In this document: positions 16,796 to 19,444 of the stretch, piece after piece
How positions within the stretch are numbered: the first letter of the stretch is position 1
Layout: each line of letters begins with the position of its first letter
NCBI GenBank assembly: GCA_043779265.1
Contig: JAYWEM010000127.1
Coordinates: 1-19,444 of the forward strand
Direction: 5' to 3'
DNA length: 19,444 nucleotides
Source of the DNA: a bacterium
GTDB lineage: Bacteria > Eisenbacteria > RBG-16-71-46
The notes under the pieces: generated by a model
Told to the model about the DNA's origin: nothing
What the model saw: the letters and a program-made list of their open reading frames with translations, nothing else
Database searches by the model: none
Made by a program: the position numbers and the translations under genes

Positions 16796-16922
16796 GCGAC
16801 ACCTCTTCCAGCGAAGACGGGGACGTTGCGGCCATCCGGGGCCGCCGACGAGAGGCGGGAGTCGAGCCGCCAGGGTCGCAGGTGAGCCTTTGATGGGGCC
16901 AGAGTCAGGACGAAGCGGGGCA

Positions 16923-16952
16923 AGTCTAGTGACCGGCTTTGCGAGGGGTCAA
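16923..16952 (-). promoter_or_regulatory. Candidate sigma70-type promoter for the Trm112-porU-porV downstream unit
   Basis: The minus strand reads TTGACC (16952-16947, overlapping the accA TGA), an 18-nt spacer, then TAGACT (16928-16923). These match 5/6 to TTGACA and 4/6 to TATAAT, keeping the key T1, A2 and T6 positions, in the largest intergenic gap. Confidence 0.6.
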
Positions 16953-17911
16953 GCACCGGCGTCCGTGAAGACACCGATCTGGCGGAACTTCTTCTGCCGA
17001 CTCGAGAGGAGCTCGCTTCGGGATACCCCCGAGAGCCGGTCCAGGTTCGCGATCAGTGCGGCCTTGAGCGTGGCCGCAGCAGCCGCGTGGTCGCGGTGCG
17101 CGCCGCCCATGGGCTCCGGCAGGACCCCATCGACGATGCCGAGGAGTTCCAGATCGGGAGCCGCCAGGCGCAGCGCCTCGGCTGCCTTGGCGCCCTGTTT
17201 GCCATCTCGCCACAGGATCGAGGCGCAACCCTCGGGTGAGATGACCGAGTAGATCGAGTTCTCGAACATCAGCACGACATCGGAGACGGCGATCGCCAGC
17301 GCGCCGCCCGAGCCGCCCTCGCCGATGACGACCGTCACGATGGGCACGCCGAACGTACCCATCTCGCGCAGGTTCACGGCGATGGCCTCGGCCTGGCCCC
17401 GCTCCTCCGCACCGAGGCCGGGGTAGGCGCCAGGCGTGTCGACCAGCGTCACGATCGGCACGTGGAACCGATCGGCGAGCTGCATCAGGCGAAGCGCCTT
17501 GCGATAGCCCTCGGGATTCGGCATGCCGAAGCGACGGACCAGGTTCTCCTTGGTGTCACGTCCCTTCTGCTGCCCGATCACCATGACCGGTCGGCCCTCG
17601 AGCGTGGCCAACCCCGCCACGATCGCCGGGTCCTCACCGAAGTGGCGGTCGCCCTTCAGCTCGGTGAAGTCCTCGAAACACAGTTGGAGATAGTCGAGCG
17701 TGTAGGGCCGCTTCGGATGACGCGCGATCTGAACGCGCTGGTAGCGCGTGAGGTTCGCGTAGATGTCGCGGCGGAGATCCTCGGCCTTGCGAGTCAGCTC
17801 AGCGAGTTCGTCGTCGGCGGAGAGTCCGCGCTCGGTTGCATGCTCACGGAGATCCTGGATCTTCTGCTCGAGTTCGAGCACCGGCTTCTCGAAATCCAAC
17901 CAGACGGTCAC
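16949..17911 (-). CDS. accA: Acetyl-CoA carboxylase carboxyltransferase subunit alpha, 320 aa
   Basis: Motifs LDFEKP, QIARHPKRPYTLDY, ELKGDR, GQQKGRDTKEN...FGMPNPEGYRKALRLM, DTPGAYPG..AEERGQAEAIA, GEGGSGGALA, YSVISPEGCASILW. Start reassigned to GTG 17911, which overlaps the dnaE stop (GTGA). Confidence 0.97.
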   Translation of the reverse strand: MTVWLDFEKPVLELEQKIQDLREHATERGLSADDELAELTRKAEDLRRDIYANLTRYQRVQIARHPKRPYTLDYLQLCFEDFTELKGDRHFGEDPAIVAGLATLEGRPVMVIGQQKGRDTKENLVRRFGMPNPEGYRKALRLMQLADRFHVPIVTLVDTPGAYPGLGAEERGQAEAIAVNLREMGTFGVPIVTVVIGEGGSGGALAIAVSDVVLMFENSIYSVISPEGCASILWRDGKQGAKAAEALRLAAPDLELLGIVDGVLPEPMGGAHRDHAAAAATLKAALIANLDRLSGVSRSELLSSRQKKFRQIGVFTDAGA

Positions 17912-19444
17912 GACGCCCCCTTCCCCCATCGCACGCGGCACGACGGGGCGCTCTCCTTGAGCCCAGCGAGAAGCCCATCGTCGAGTCGGACGCGATACTT
18001 CCGCGCTCGCAGTACTTCTCGCGCGTGATCGGGTTTGATGAGATGCAGATAGACCTCCGAGTCACCGGGGAAGCGCGCCAGCACCTCATCGATCGCCATG
18101 AACAGCGATTCGGTGAGATCCGTGGCCCGCATCTCCAAGTGGAGGGCGGGACGGAGCTCATGCCGCCCCTGCTCCCATGGCCTCACCGAGGACACTAGCA
18201 GCTTGGCCCCGCGGTCGTCGCGGATCTCGACTCGGCCCTCGGCCACGAGGATCGCGTCGGTCTCGAGCATCAACCGGTGCTTCTCGTAGGCCTCGGGGAA
18301 CAACGTGCACTCGACGCGCCCCGTCAGGTCCTCGAGCGCGACCACGCCCATCAGCTTGCCGGTCTTGGTGGTGATCTGCTTCTTCTCGCCGACGATGCCG
18401 ACGATACGCACTTCGGTGCCGTCGCCGAGCTCGGGCACCTGCGCGATGCCGTGCGTCGCCACCGCCTCGATCTCGCTCCGGATGTGCTCGAGCGGGTGCT
18501 CACTGAAGTAGAAGCCGAGCACCTCCTTCTCCTTGGCGCTGCGCTCGCGGCTCGTCCACTCCGGCACGTCGGGCAAAGGCGGGGCGTTGATCTCGACCGC
18601 GGCAGGGCCCGCGCCCCCACCGAACAGCGACTCCTGACCGCTGGCGCGCTCGCGATGACGCGAGGCCGCCGACTGCAGTGTCAGCTCGACGCCCGCGAAG
18701 AGCCGCTCGCGACTCGGACCCAGCGCGTCGCAGGCGCCCGCCCCCACCAGACTCTCGACCACGCGGCGGTTGAACGTGGCGCCGGGGACACGCGAGGCCA
18801 GATCGAACAGGTCGCGGAACACCCCGCCCTCACGGCGCGCTGCGATCAGCGCGTCGGCGGCGCCGTGCCCGACATTTCGCACGCCACCCAGCCCCATACG
18901 GATCCGGCCCTCCTCGATCGTGAACTTCCACTCGGAGTGAGCGACATCGGGGCCAAGCAAACCGATACCCATCCGGCGGCACTCCTCGATCAAGGTCACG
19001 AGGCGTGCGCTTTCGCTCATCTCGGACGTCATCGTCGCGGCCATGAACTCGGCCGGGTAGTGGGCCTTCAGGTAGCCGCACTGGTAGGCGACCAGCGCAT
19101 AGGCGGCGCTGTGCGACTTGTTGAATCCGTAGCCGGCGAACTTCTGCATCGTCTCGAAGATCGAGCGTGCGGCTCTCTCGGGGATCTTGGAGTGCTTGGC
19201 GCAGCCCTCGACGAACTGATCGCCCTTACGGTTCATCTCCTCGACGATCTTCTTACCCATGGCGCGGCGCAGCTCATCGGCCTGTGCCATCGAGAACCCG
19301 GCCAGATCGTGGGCGGCACCCATGACCTGCTCCTGATAGACGAACACGCCGTAGGTCCCCTTGAGGATCGGCTCGAGCTTCGGATGCTCGTAGCGCGCCA
19401 CCTTTCGACCATGTTTGCAATCGATGAAGTACGGGATGTTCTCC
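17908..19444 (-). CDS. dnaE: DNA polymerase III subunit alpha, 3' part (start lies beyond the right edge)
   Basis: Motifs TYGVFVYQEQVM, ADELRRAMGKK, FAGYGFNKSHSAAY, YLKAHYPAEFMAA, HhH IRMGLGGVRNVG, clamp-binding QESLF, EKEVLGFYFSEHPL, and OB fold LEDLTGRVE. The frame stays open to the window edge (ENIPYFIDCKHGRKV). Confidence 0.97.
   Translation of the reverse strand, partial: ENIPYFIDCKHGRKVARYEHPKLEPILKGTYGVFVYQEQVMGAAHDLAGFSMAQADELRRAMGKKIVEEMNRKGDQFVEGCAKHSKIPERAARSIFETMQKFAGYGFNKSHSAAYALVAYQCGYLKAHYPAEFMAATMTSEMSESARLVTLIEECRRMGIGLLGPDVAHSEWKFTIEEGRIRMGLGGVRNVGHGAADALIAARREGGVFRDLFDLASRVPGATFNRRVVESLVGAGACDALGPSRERLFAGVELTLQSAASRHRERASGQESLFGGGAGPAAVEINAPPLPDVPEWTSRERSAKEKEVLGFYFSEHPLEHIRSEIEAVATHGIAQVPELGDGTEVRIVGIVGEKKQITTKTGKLMGVVALEDLTGRVECTLFPEAYEKHRLMLETDAILVAEGRVEIRDDRGAKLLVSSVRPWEQGRHELRPALHLEMRATDLTESLFMAIDEVLARFPGDSEVYLHLIKPDHAREVLRARKYRVRLDDGLLAGLKESAPSCRVRWGKGAS

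Noticed and set aside
16605..16835. N-terminal extension of porU (1513-aa call)
   Set aside because: It overlaps the Trm112 gene. The ATG at 16604 gives a proper signal peptide.
16949..19444. dnaE-accA adjacency, and a possible intein in dnaE
   Set aside because: The adjacency is well known (e.g. E. coli). The visible DnaE part follows the normal motif order with no insertion.
1..19444. CRISPR arrays, tRNA/rRNA, IS elements, prophage or defence genes, intrinsic terminators
   Set aside because: Coding density is near complete, with only two intergenic gaps over 100 nt. No spaced repeats, transposase or integrase motifs, or hairpin plus U-tract were seen. The DinG-like fragment has no cas context here.

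Overview
A high-GC (roughly 70% by eye) bacterial chromosomal segment. All 12 credible genes lie on the minus strand, most of them tightly packed. In transcription order (right to left): dnaE (3' part), accA, a candidate sigma70-type promoter, a 55-aa Trm112/YcaR-family gene missed by the ORF track, a PorU-like C25 sortase, a PorV/PorQ-family barrel, an M6-type metalloprotease with FG-GAP-like repeats and a T9SS C-terminal sorting domain, two paralogous 'PGxGQ' (DUF5683/TM2-like) membrane proteins, an NHL-repeat beta-propeller, an 1111-aa outer-membrane protein carrying a SprA/Sov-like motif, an Omp85 (BamA/TamA-like) protein, and the 5' end of a DinG/YoaA-family helicase (also missed by the track). 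The main interest is a type IX secretion (T9SS) processing module and its likely cargo, apparently co-transcribed with an uncharacterised five-gene outer-membrane module. GC content, Shine-Dalgarno use and promoter type suggest a non-Bacteroidia FCB-group host (inference). No RNA genes, CRISPR arrays or mobile elements were seen.
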